A stretch of 41,151 nt of DNA from Octopus bimaculoides (taxonomy: Eukaryota). The position numbers and the translations under genes are program-made. Under the pieces are notes generated by a model. The model did no database searches. It was given only the letters and a program-made list of their open reading frames with translations, and was not told the origin of the DNA. This document shows, in pieces, positions 13,140 to 23,676 of this stretch (its first letter is position 1; every line of letters begins with the position of its first letter). The stretch is from NCBI RefSeq assembly GCF_001194135.2, contig NC_069008.1, positions 2,765,959-2,807,109 of the forward strand, in the 5' to 3' direction.

Positions 13140-14290
13140 AATTCATCCATACCTTAAAGTAAATTATGTTAACAGTTACTCAAATTCATTCCCACTGCAT
13201 TGTGCGAAAGTACATTTATATGCTTGTAGGTATCTTGAGAATCTTTCAGAAATTCTATTAATAATCTTCTCATTGGTTCACAGAATAGACAGGGATTCTT
13301 CGGGCCAGAGTCGGCATCTCCTGGAAATGATATTGTATAGTTTTGCGTGCCTTACTATGGACCAAATTATGTTATACTTAATTTTATCTTCCTTCAGTCG
13401 CCACGCAAAATTGACCAAAGATGTTGAATGTCTCTTATTGATACTCATAATGCTGGTGACATGGTTACGATAAATATTCTTAAATGAATCAGCCGTTTGC
13501 CCAATGTAAACATACAGCCCTCCCCTTGTGTGCATGGTACATTTATATACAAAATTTGTACTCATACACAGGTTCATCAATGGGCATTTTGATTTTTCTC
13601 TGTATGAGCATTTATTATATTTATTTGCGTATATGGCAGTTCTGACTTCATTTTCCGACATTGTTACCGTGTTAACTATATCATAATCACTTCTACTATC
13701 ACAGTTTGGCCGTAATTGTTGCTTTTCATTGCAGTTTACATCTCCTTCGTTGGTGTTTAGACGCATATGTTTGCTAGATGCAGTAGGTGGGTTACTGAAC
13801 TACTGTCACATTTTGCTATTGTTTATGCAGTGCGTATACTGCTCAAAATTAGCAGAGTTAGCGTAGGATATCTTCACAATGTGCCGATTAAAATTAACAT
13901 GGTATCTATTAGATTTAGGAAAACATTTGTTTCAAGCAGTAAAAAATTTTCCAGCGATCTTGGTCGAAACATGTGAACCGAAAATTGAGTTGAAGCAGGG
14001 GATATCACGATTCCTATATCTGTTGTTTGGCTTATTTAATTTATTGTGTTGTACAGGATTGGAACAATTTACTGTGTTATGAGCATTTGGATTATTGTGT
14101 CGTGTGTGTCTATGAGTTTCCGTTGGTAGTTCATTGATTTGAACAATTCTTCCTGGCTTGTATTCTCGATCTGAGTAAATTCTCAAACCGTTACGTTGTC
14201 TATTCTGTGGACCAATGACAAGATCATTCATAGAATTTCTCAAAGATTGTAAAGATGCCTACATGCATATAAATGTGTACAATGTGCATT
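13140..14290 (-). mobile_element. Penelope-like element, degenerate RT C-terminus plus GIY-YIG endonuclease
   Basis: CPLMNLCMSTNFVYKCT..VYIGQTADSFKNIYRNH..STSLVNFAWRLK..IIWSI..CRLWPEE is a Penelope GIY-YIG signature; upstream RDIPCFNSIFGSHVSTKIAGKFF resembles the IIWFNPPF..V.T.IG..F motif. Confidence 0.85.
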
Positions 14291-14304
14291 GGTATTCGAG
14301 GAAT

Positions 14305-14433
14305 TGACAGTTGTCCGATGTGCATAAAACCTTGGCCAAGTGACTTCTGCAAAAACCTCGACCCGACCAAGGGCTTCTAAGTAGATTTGGTGTACGGAAA
14401 CTGAAAGAAGACTGCCGTATGCATATTTACACC

Positions 14434-14505
<72 letters not shown>

Positions 14506-14745
14506 CAAATATATATACTTACATATGCATATATGTATGTGTGTGTATGTGCGTGTGTGTCTGTGTGTGTACTTGTCCCCCAACACCGTTTGATAACCGG
14601 TGTTAGTTTGTTTATGTGCTCATAACTTGGCAGTTTGGCAGAAGGAACTGATAGAATAAGTACCAGACCTTGAGAAAAAAAAAGCAGTGGATCAATTTGT
14701 TTTGACTAAACCCTTGAAGACGATGCTCCAGCATTGCCGCAGTCC
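14305..14745 (+). mobile_element. 5'-truncated copy of the abundant tRNA-derived SINE family
   Basis: Shares GACCAA..GATTTGG..ACGGAAACTGAAAGAAG, an internal microsatellite and GATAGAATAAGTAC with the copy at 30746-31168. Confidence 0.7.
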
Positions 14746-14754
14746 AAAAGATAC

Positions 14755-15058
14755 AAACATAAATATAGCACATTATTTGCATTATTTACATTTGACGGAT
14801 GTTTGCCCTCATCTTGTTGTTAACACAACGCTTCGGCTGATATACCCTCCAGCCTTCATCAGGTGTCTTGGAGAAATTTCGAACCTGGGTTCTCATTCCT
14901 AAGGTATTTTTCGATGTTGTTGTTGTTGTTGTTATTATTATTATTATCATTATTATTATTATTATTATTACTATTATTCAGGTCACTGCCTGGAATCGAA
15001 CTCGGAATCTTGGGGTTAGTAGCCCGCGCTCTTAACTACTACGCCATATGCCTGTGGG
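14755..15058 (-). mobile_element. tRNA-headed SINE-like repeat with an (AAT)n tract; same family as 27419-28030
   Basis: Minus strand GCATATGGCGTAGTAGTTAAGAGCGCGGGCTACTAACCCCAAGATTCCGAGTTCGATTCCAGG (A and B boxes); near-identical to the copies at 27.4-28.0 kb. Confidence 0.75.
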
Positions 15059-15789
15059 TTAAAGTATGAAAAAAATAAAAATATGTTGAAATTGTACGGG
15101 AAATTCATTAAAAGAAACCTATAGTAATCTAGAATTGCAAAGGTCACATTGATTCCAAAAAGGTTAAATAATGTTTGAAACGGAAGTAGGGAAAGTNNNN
15201 NNNNNNNNNNNNNNNNNNNNNNNNNNNNNNNNNNNNNNNNNNNNNNNNNNNNNNNNNNNNNNNNNNNNNNNNNNNNNNNNNNNNNNNNNNNNNNNNNNNN
15301 NNNNNNNNNNNNNNNNNNNNNNNNNNNNNNNNNNNNNNNNNNNNNNNNNNNNNNNNNNNNNNNNNNNNNNNNNNNNNNNNNNNNNNNNNNNNNNNNNNNN
15401 NNNNNNNNNNNNNNNNNNNNNNNNNNNNNNNNNGAGAGAGAGGAGAGAGAGAGATTGTGTGTGTGTTTATGCATGTATGTGTGCACGTGTATATGCATGT
15501 ATGTGTGCACGTGTATATGCATGTATGTGCGTGTGTGAGTATGTGCATGCATGTGTGTGTATATGCATGTATGTGCGTGTGAATGCATGTATGTGTGTGT
15601 ATGCGCGTGTGTGTACATGTGTTTGTGTATGGGGGTGCGGCTAAGGGTAGTGGACAGCACCAGCCCTCGTATTTCATTGCTAGTGAATTGAATGAGAGGA
15701 AACTGGAGCGAAAAGAGAAAAAAATGTTGCTAAGCATTTTGTTGAAAGCACCAGCATTTCTGTTAGCTCACCCCTTGAAGTTACTTGTA

Positions 15790-16345
15790 GTACTACTACT
15801 ACTAATAATAATAATAATAATAATAAATGCCCTGATGCAGTACCAGGCAGTGGCTCTCATGGCTTCTGATCTTAATTGATTGGAAGTGTTATCATGTTCA
15901 TTGTTTTGTCTTGGTATAAAAAGATGGGCTACAGCAAATATTCTGCTTAATACCACAGATTTGCTTGTCAGTTGGTTGATCTTAACCAGTTGAGCTTGTC
16001 CCTTGGTGGCTGACGATATGTGCATCTCTGATCATGAGCAGAAGTAGTGGGGGAGCATCATAGCCATGTGTTGAGAGGAATTCTTTGGGGGGGTTGAATA
16101 ATTCATCTCTGGAAACATGGGTGTTTCATTCAACATCCTTGAACAGTCCTTATTCAGGGACCTTTTGTGTGGTGTGGGCTACTTGACCTGAAGAAAATTC
16201 TAACTGGGCCTCATCTGCAAGGTTATGTGCTGTTTATCTTGATATGAGATCACCATGTGCCTGGTGTATCTTTATCAGACATGTAGTCATGATGGATGCA
16301 CTGGGCTTCGTATATTTTACCCCAGTGTCATTTTGATGGATAAAG
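15790..16345 (+). repeat. Interspersed repeat family; other copies at 23261-23432 (+) and 30040-30675 (-)
   Basis: Shared blocks such as GCATCATAGCCATGTGTTGAGAGGAATTCTTTGGGG and GGGCTACAGCAAATATTCTGCTTAATACCACAG. Confidence 0.8.
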
Positions 16346-17629
16346 AGAATAATATTAATAATAATCATAAATTCAAATTACGATGGACGTAAACAAACAA
16401 ACGAAGGTTGCTTTAGAAGCGTTGAGATGTTTTAGAAAGTTAAAAAAGTGATTTTTAAATTCTTAAACACAGGATAATGCTAATATGTTGGTGGCCAGCC
16501 GTCCGCCAACACTTTTTTCTGCAAAATACGGGTAGTTTATCCTGTTCAGGCTATATTATTAGCATTATCTTGCGTTTGAGAATTTAAAAACCATTAATAA
16601 TAATATTAATTTTCTGGTTTAGCTGCATGGTCAGTGATTTTGAGGAGATGAAGTTAGTTAATTACGTCAACCATAGTATTTAATTAGTGCTTAATTTTAA
16701 TAACCGTTTCTAATTTCGACACAAGGACAGTAGTTTTGAAGGGGTGGTTTGTCAAAATCATTGACAAATGGGTACTTTACTGTATTGGCCTCATAAAGAT
16801 AAAATGCAAAGACGACGTTGACAGATATTGAACTCAGAATGTAGCGAGCTGGAATAAATACCACAAGGTTCTTTGTCCAACTCTCCAATGATTTTTATAA
16901 TACACTGCCATTATAACAACAATAACAATAATAACAACAAAATACATAATGATATTTATATACAAATTTTGTTATCTTTATTTATAATGTTCCAGTTAAA
17001 TGATAAAAAACGGATATTACAATTCATACAGAGAAATTAAGGCAAATCCATCTGACATTATAATCAGAGACAACCAGGAAAATAAAAATTAAAACGTCAT
17101 TTAATTGAAGATATCAATTCGACTGCATGGCAATACATTTGAAATAGTAATAGGAAAAAGAGAGATTATTACAATAAAAAGATCTGGAAATAGAGATAAG
17201 CCGAATGTAGGGATTGAAGACAAAAACAATCTCCACAATAAAAAGTACCATCGAATGACTAATATAAGCACAGGTAGATGCATAAACAAAAGCTCCAGGA
17301 CTTATATGTATAACACACACAAAAATAGAAACATAATTATTTCTAAATCTCTCAGAGGGATATTCCGTAACAGTTAGCCAAGCAGCTACTCTGTGTTGAT
17401 AAAGAGGGTAATAACCCAGAAACCAGTCCACAGATGTTGTTTTGTGCTGGATGAGAATTGCTGAACTCCCTGTTCAAAAATAAAAGGACACAGATATCGT
17501 GTTGTATAGCTAACTAGAAACGATGTTTCTTGCGGTTAAACAACAGTAACAATCGTCCCTTCCAGGAGAACCACATTATGTTGGCAAATAGCCTTTACAT
17601 ACAAAAATAGTTATACTACTATTAATAGT

Positions 17630-17960
17630 TGTTTCAAATTTTGGCACAAAGCCAGCAATGTTAGTGGGAGTGGGTTAGCTGGTTAGGTGATTACACGGAC
17701 ATCAGTGTTCAATTTGTATTTAGTTTTTTGACGCTGAAGGACAAAATGCAAAGTTGACCTCAGCAGAATTTGAACTCAGAACATAAAGACGGAAAAAAAT
17801 GACGCCAAGCAATTTGTCCGGCATGCTGACGATTCTGCCAGTTCATCACCTGGTTTCAAATTTTGGCACAAAGCCAGCAGGTTTCAAGGAAGACCCGAGT
17901 TCATTACATCGACCCCAGTACTCAACTGGTACTTATTTTATCGACCTTGGAAAGATGATC
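17630..17960 (-). mobile_element. Two degenerate tandem SINE fragments of the family at 22800-22980 and 40831-41071
   Basis: Contain GCAAAGTTGACCTC..GAATTTGAACTCAGAAC and TACATCGACCCCAGT..CAACTGGTACTTATTT blocks. Confidence 0.6.
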
Positions 17961-18728
17961 ATCACTTTAGCTTTATCATTATTATTGTTATTTTTAACTT
18001 ATTTGTCAAAGTTCTTTCGTCACAGATACTGTGACCTCTTCAGTGACTCTCTCTGCCACGTGTCTCCTCTTGTCCTGTTTATCCTCTTTTGTCCTTCTGC
18101 GGAATGTATTCTATCTGCGCATGTGGTCATGTCTGTAGCTGTGTGTGTGTGTGTATGAGTTTAGTATGTGCGTCCTGTATGTGTGTGTGTGTATGTGGTT
18201 AGTATGCTCACATATGTGTATGCGTGTGTGTGTGTGTATGGGTTTGTATATTATACTGTACATTCTAATAATTTAATAAGTCCCACGGTGCTCAATGTAA
18301 CCTCTGTGCCTAATACATTGTACCTTTCACAACCCAGTAGACTGTACCAAACACAGGGTACCCTAAAAACTGTATATGTCCTGAAGCGCTGTATGCAACA
18401 TCTGTGCCTAATGCATGGTACCTAGGTACAAGTCAGCAGACTGCCAAACACAGGGTACTCTATTTAAGCAGCCAGATGGATTAACTGTAGGAACTCAGAA
18501 TAATTTCTGAAACTATGATTGATAAAGATAATTATTAAAAATCTACCCACCCTCCCATTTATACCCAACCCCGCACCTCTCACTTCTAGTCTCCACACCG
18601 GACGCCCTGTCTTCGCATCACCTCCATCACCACCACATCCATATAAGTGCGATCCCCTCCTTCATGTAGAACGGAGTCGTACTTTAATACCCGCTACACC
18701 ACCCCCACGTCGTTATCGGAAATTTTGA

Positions 18729-18815
18729 CGTTTGTTCTTCTGGTGGGGGGGAGCATCATCTTGTGCGCCGAGACCCTGTTGGGTTTTATCGGCGCCCATT
18801 CATATAGAACAAACG
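18729..18815 (-). promoter_or_regulatory. SECIS element (type 2) in the SELENOP 3' UTR
   Basis: Minus strand: CGTTTGTTCT-AT-ATGA-A-TGGGCGCCGA-T-AAA-ACCC-AACA-GGGT-C-TCGGCGCACA-A-GA-TGATG...AGAACAAACG. AUGA/GA core at 18803-18800 and 18760-18759, helix II 9/10 paired, unpaired AAA, 4-bp apical ministem, 10-bp possible helix I. Confidence 0.9.
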
Positions 18816-20045
18816 GTGGGGGGGGAACTTCCTGATAACAGACGTAGCGTTGGTGGGGGGTAGCAGATGGATAGCCGTGGTGGTGACGAGGGTGATGATA
18901 GCGGAGGAGAAGGGAGAGGTAGAAAATGNNNNNNNNNNNNNNNNNNNNNNNNNNNNNNNNNNNNNNNNNNNNNNNNNNNNNNNNNNNNNNNNNNNNNNNN
19001 NNNNNNNNNNNNNNNNNNNNNNNNNNNNNNNNNNNNNNNNNNNNNNNNNNNNNNNNNNNNNNNNNNNNNNNNNNNNNNNNNNNNNNNNNNNNNNNNNNNN
19101 NNNNNNNNNNNNNNNNNNNNNNNNNNNNNNNNNNNNNNNNNNNNNNNNNNNNNNNNNNNNNNNNNNNNNNNNNNNNNNNNNNNNNNNNNNNNNNNNNNNN
19201 NNNNNNNNNNNNNNNNNNNNNNNNNNNNNNNNNNNNNNNNNNNNNNNNNNNNNNNNNNNNNNNNNNNNNNNNNNNNNNNNNNNNNNNNNNNNNNNNNNNN
19301 NNNNNNNNNNNNNNNNNNNNNNNNNNNNNNNNNNNNNNNNNNNNNNNNNNNNNNNNNNNNNNNNNNNNNNNNNNNNNNNNNNNNNNNNNNNNNNNNNNNN
19401 NNNNNNNNNNNNNNNNNNNNNNNNNNNNNNNNNNNNNNNNNNNNNNNNNNNNNNNNNNNNNNNNNNNNNNNNNNNNNNNNNNNNNNNNNNNNNNNNNNNN
19501 NNNNNNNNNNNNNNNNNNNNNNNNNNNNNNNNNNNNNNNNNNNNNNNNNNNNNNNNNNNNNNNNNNNNNNNNNNNNNNNNNNNNNNNNNNNNNNNNTAGA
19601 TATATATATATATATAGATATATATATACATATATATATATATATTTAAAGAAGATAAGAAAATAGAGAGATAAATGAATAAATAATTATCTATTAATTG
19701 TCTCTCTATTTTCGTATCTTCTTCAAATATATATAAAACCACGGTTTATCTAGTTACCTTGCAGGTGAATATTAATTATAACATTCAACACTTCTTGAAT
19801 AGGTAACTCACTAGTATTTTCATTGGATTTTGTCATCCCTTAAAGAGGTTTGTAACCTTTATTTGAACTTCTATATACATATATATATTTAATCAACTAG
19901 GTCTACTATATATTATGCATTCGTTATCATATACAGTATTCTGTACATCTACGGAATCATGGGTGATTTGTGAACAACAACAACAACAACACCAACAACA
20001 GTAGCATCAATCAGTGCAACCTTGTGCAACCTTTTCAGGAAGCGT

Positions 20046-22672
20046 CTAATCTTCGCTCATATTCGGGATGTTACTGAAGACATATTCAAAGAATTTCTGA
20101 ATCTTGCGAGCCAGCGCCTTATGTTCATTTCTCTTCCGGTCAGCAGGAGCTGGTTTTTGGCATAGCAACCTTCATCATTGCCAGGATATTGGTCAGAAGT
20201 GAGCTGGAGTTGTTCCGACTGTTGATTCCTCTAGCGCTGGTCATTGTCAGATGGTGGACCCAATGGGTGGTCAGGAAGAAGGCGTGACTGAACAGAAGGG
20301 TGGTCAGCTGGTCAGGTCTTTCTTGTTGTCTGAATCTCGCTGCTGATTGTGACTGGTGGAATTGGTCTGGAGTTGTCATAGTCATGGTCAGTCGGACATA
20401 GTGGCCACATGGACCTTTGCAGCCTGACCAACTTCTTTACCTCACTGCCATCCCGCGGACAGTCTGTGTCATTGTCAACTGGTCATCTTGACCTCCCCAT
20501 TCTGACCAACTCCCTTGGGTCATTGTCACACTGCCATACTAGGTCATTGTCAACTGGTCACCTTCACCTCTCCATTCTGACCAACTTCCTTGGATCATTG
20601 TCACACTGCCATACTAGGTCATTGTCAACTGGTCACCTTCACCTCTCCATTCTGACCAGCTCCCTTGGATCATTGTCACACTGNNNNNNNNNNTCACCTC
20701 TCCATTCTGACCAGCTCCCTTGGATCATTGTCACACTGCCATACTAGGTCATTGTCAACTGGTCATCTTGACCTCTCCATTCTGACCAGCTCCCTTGGAT
20801 CATTGTCACATGGTAACACTAGACCACTGTCAGCTTGTTGAATTGACCTTTCCTGCTTCGTCCACACCCTTAAGTCACTGTCATGCCACACCATTAGGTG
20901 TCTGTCAACTGGACAGCTCAGGCAATCCAGTCATGTCTGTTCCATTGGGTCACTGTCAGGTGGAAAGCGTCAGTCGACAGCGACGTATGTTACTGTAGCC
21001 CAAATTCTGTGAGGTTCAGAAATGAGTGGAGTTGCTGCAATTATTGGCTGTGGGTATATTGAGAACCTCTGATGTCACATTGGTCAGGCTGGTGTTGAGG
21101 AGCTCGGGTCAACATCACGTGACTCTACACTTAGTCACGTTGTTATTGCTGCTGCTGATGTTGCTGCATAGCGGCATCAGTGACAACGTTGAGCTGATTT
21201 CGTATTCCGTCTGAGATTGGTCCTTGGCACCATCTTCGTCGCAGTTTTTGTTGTTGTCGGTAGAGGCTGTGTAAGTAACATTGTTGCCATTAGAAGTGGT
21301 GGTGGATGCTGTGATGTTTCTGGTAATGTTGCTGCCGTTGTTTGCAGATGTCATGTTCTTACAGCCATCAAAATCATTGTTGTTGGTGGCGGTGGTAGTG
21401 GTGGTAGCAATAGGTGTAGCCTCGCCTTTGTCACCCTTGATGACAATGTTATTGTTATTGCGATACTGTTGCTGCTGCTGGTTGCTGGAAGACGCTGCAA
21501 TGACATCAGGTAGCTGTGCACCGGTTTCATTTCTGCATACGCAGTACATATGTTTGTAGACTGAATGCAACAAAGCACGGAGTTTACAGTTACACGGCAC
21601 CGGGAGACTTAGTACAACAGTTTCATCTCCATCAAATAACACAGGATCTGTTGTTGTTATCGGTTTTTTTTCCAACGTGTTATTCTTGTTTTTGGCAGCA
21701 GTGCTGGTACCAATATTCTTCACAGTGGCCGCGTCAACATCTGTCTTAGTGTGGTTGCGGTGACGGACACCGCTTTGGACAGTGTCTCGGAGACGGTCGT
21801 CGTGGTCTTGGATGCGATGGTTACGGTTGAGCTGACCGAGAGCTGGGGCCCGGTGGAGAAGGAAGCGACACTGTCACGTCTGAATGATTTTGTAGCGGTC
21901 CTGCTGCAGCTGTGGTGGACATTGGCAAAACGAGTCTGATGCTGTCTTTTGCTGCTGCTTCCGCTGAAGCTTCCCCTCCACTCCCTTCTCCTCTTCTTCA
22001 CCTTGTTGATGATGAGACGGAGGATAATGTTGATGGCGATGAGAATGATGCGGGTAATTGCTGTTATGATGCAACTGTTGTTGCTGATAGTGTCGATGAG
22101 GATCATTATTATTATTGTTATTATTATGAGGATGTTGATTGACGTGCTGGGAGATGTGCTGGCCATGCTGTTGATGATGAGGCGAATGTCGGTTGCCTTT
22201 GCCGTGGCTGCCCTTTCTCCGAGTTTTCTGTTCGGTGTGACAGGAACCAGTGTTGTTACCAGGCATGAAATAACACACCAGCTTCTTGAATGGCTTAACA
22301 GAATGAGACGTCGATGATGATGACGATGACGATGACGACAATGTTGATGAGAAAGAAGAAGAACCAACGGAAGCAGAAAACGGAAACAGTAGCGTATGAT
22401 GCTTGATGAGCCAGTTACTCAAGGTGGACGTTTTTGGATTGTACCTGTACACGTATTTCTTTTGCGGTTTCTTCTTTGGCAGTGACATTGCCGACACCGT
22501 GTACATGCGCCGCACTCAAGCACGGAATTTCGATGTCTGCTGGTAGTTGAATAGGTTGCCTAGCATGCAGTTGCACAAGTTGAAGTAGTACGACATGCAG
22601 ATACCTTTGTGGACGTTGAGCGTGGAAACGGGAGCCTGCGATTGGTTGAAGCGAAACGTCTGACGACCGCAC
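20046..22672 (-). CDS. SELENOP: Selenoprotein P, last coding exon (40 in-frame TGA read as Sec; terminal TAG at 20048-20046)
   Basis: Acceptor ttttacctttacgcag|G TGC GGT. (R)CGRQTFRFNQSQAPVSTLNVHKGICMSYYFNLCNC aligns with vertebrate RCGRLVYHLGLPFSFLTFPYVEEAIKIAYCEKKCGNC. No TAA/TAG in about 875 codons; His-rich region; UQU/UQUPS repeats. The frame shifts across the 10-N gap at 20684-20693, so the gap length is treated as arbitrary. Confidence 0.93.
20470..20812 (-). repeat. 75-bp coding tandem repeat (25 aa, 4 Sec per unit) inside SELENOP
   Basis: Unit TGACAATGACCTAGTATGGCAGTGTGACAATGATCCAAGGRAGYTGGTCAGAATGGAGAGGTSAAGRTGACCAGT = UQUPSMAVUQUSK(G/E)(A/V)GQNGEVK(V/M)TS; about 4.5 visible copies, interrupted by a 10-N gap. 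Confidence 0.92.
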
Positions 22673-22799
22673 CTGCGTAAAGGTAAAAGTGGCGCTAAGT
22701 AGTGCGAGAAATGATAAGAATTGTAGTGCTAGAGGTAGCGACGATAATGGTAACAACAACAACAACAAAAACAAAAATCACAAGGCCTAAAATTTGGAG

Positions 22800-22979
22800 G
22801 AAGAGATTAAGTCGATTACATCGACTGCAGTACATAACTGGTATTTATTTAATCGACCCCCGAAAGGATGAAAGGCAAAGTCGACCTCGGCGGAATTTGA
22901 TCTCAGAATGCAGCGACGGGGGTAAATACTGCTAAGTATTTCGTCCGGTGTGCTAACAATTCTGCCGGCTCGCCACCTT

Positions 22980-22980
<1 letters not shown>
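22800..22980 (-). mobile_element. tRNA-derived SINE in a SELENOP intron
   Basis: Nearly identical to 40890-41060 (AATCGACCCCGAAAGGATGAAAGGCAAAGTCGACCTCGGCGGAATTTGA). Confidence 0.8.
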
Positions 22981-23049
<69 letters not shown>

Positions 23050-23475
23050 GTAATAATAATAATAATAATAATAATAGTAATATTCATAATAAATAATAAT
23101 AATAATAATAATAATNNNNNNNNNNNNNNNNNNNNNNNNNNNNNNNNNNNNNNNNNNNNNNNNNNNNNNNNNNNNNNNNNNNNNNNNNNNNNNNNNNNNN
23201 NNNNNNNNNNNNNNNNNNNNNNNNNNNNNNNNNNNNNNNNNNNNNNNNNNNNNNNNNNNNAAGCATCATAGCCATGTGTTGAGAGGAATTCTTTGGGGTT
23301 TGAATAATTCACCTTTGGAAACATGGGTGTTTCGTTCGACATCCTTAAACAAACCTTATTCAGGGACTTTTTGAGCAGGATGGGCTACTCAACCTGAAGA
23401 AAATTCTAACTGGGCCCCACATGCAAGTTCATGCGCAGAAACAAGGTAAAAGAGGAAAGATAAAAAGTAAATTAC

Positions 23476-23676
23476 CTATCGTAGAGGATGATGTCATTGT
23501 TGGAGCCTCGTAACTTCTTCCATATCCTCCGATGTAGAGAATCTTGGTAGACAGGGATACTTGTCTCCCTTCTCAGCTGATGAAGTTTACGTTTTGCTGA
23601 TGGGAAGAAAGAATTGACGATGCGGAACTTGACAAACTCCCGATTGGTTTGCAGCATGTGATGTATCTTCTCCAGC
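23476..23676 (-). CDS. SELENOP: Selenoprotein P, internal exon of the thioredoxin-like domain (201 bp, phase 2/2)
   Basis: ttccattacaccag|G...GAT AG|gtaatt. LEKIHHMLQTNREFVKFRIVNSFFPSAKRKLHQLRRETSIPVYQDSLHRRIWKKLRGSNNDIILYDR aligns with vertebrate LEDLRVKL..IVVN..HIPVYQQ..VWTLLNGSKDDFLIYDR. Confidence 0.93.

Noticed and set aside
18655-18705. SECIS-like hairpin GTGTAGCGG..ATTAAA..CCGTTCTACATGA just downstream of the accepted SECIS
   Set aside because: The 5' side lacks the UGA of the core (reads GGTG) and the helix has a bulge; not supportable without SECISearch.
19905-19965. Possible proximal SECIS (ATGATTCCGTAGATGTACAGAATACTGTATATGAT)
   Set aside because: An 8-bp hairpin is present, but arm lengths are unequal and the GA quartet cannot be placed in register.
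20046-21117. Reading the TGA-rich region as a pseudogene or 3' UTR
   Set aside because: All 38 interruptions are TGA with none TAA/TAG, they fall in a UxU pattern as in known SELENOP, and a SECIS lies downstream.
20140-22367. Other overlapping ORFs (20140-20385, 20409-20747, 21217-21513, 21720-22367, 21912-22317 and similar)
   Set aside because: Alternative-frame or antisense shadows of the SELENOP last exon.
22415-22774. 119-aa minus-strand ORF with a hydrophobic, signal-peptide-like start (MFLLLLLLPL..)
   Set aside because: The start derives from an intronic (TTG)n repeat, and the rest is an alternative frame over the SELENOP exon, whose homology lies in another frame.
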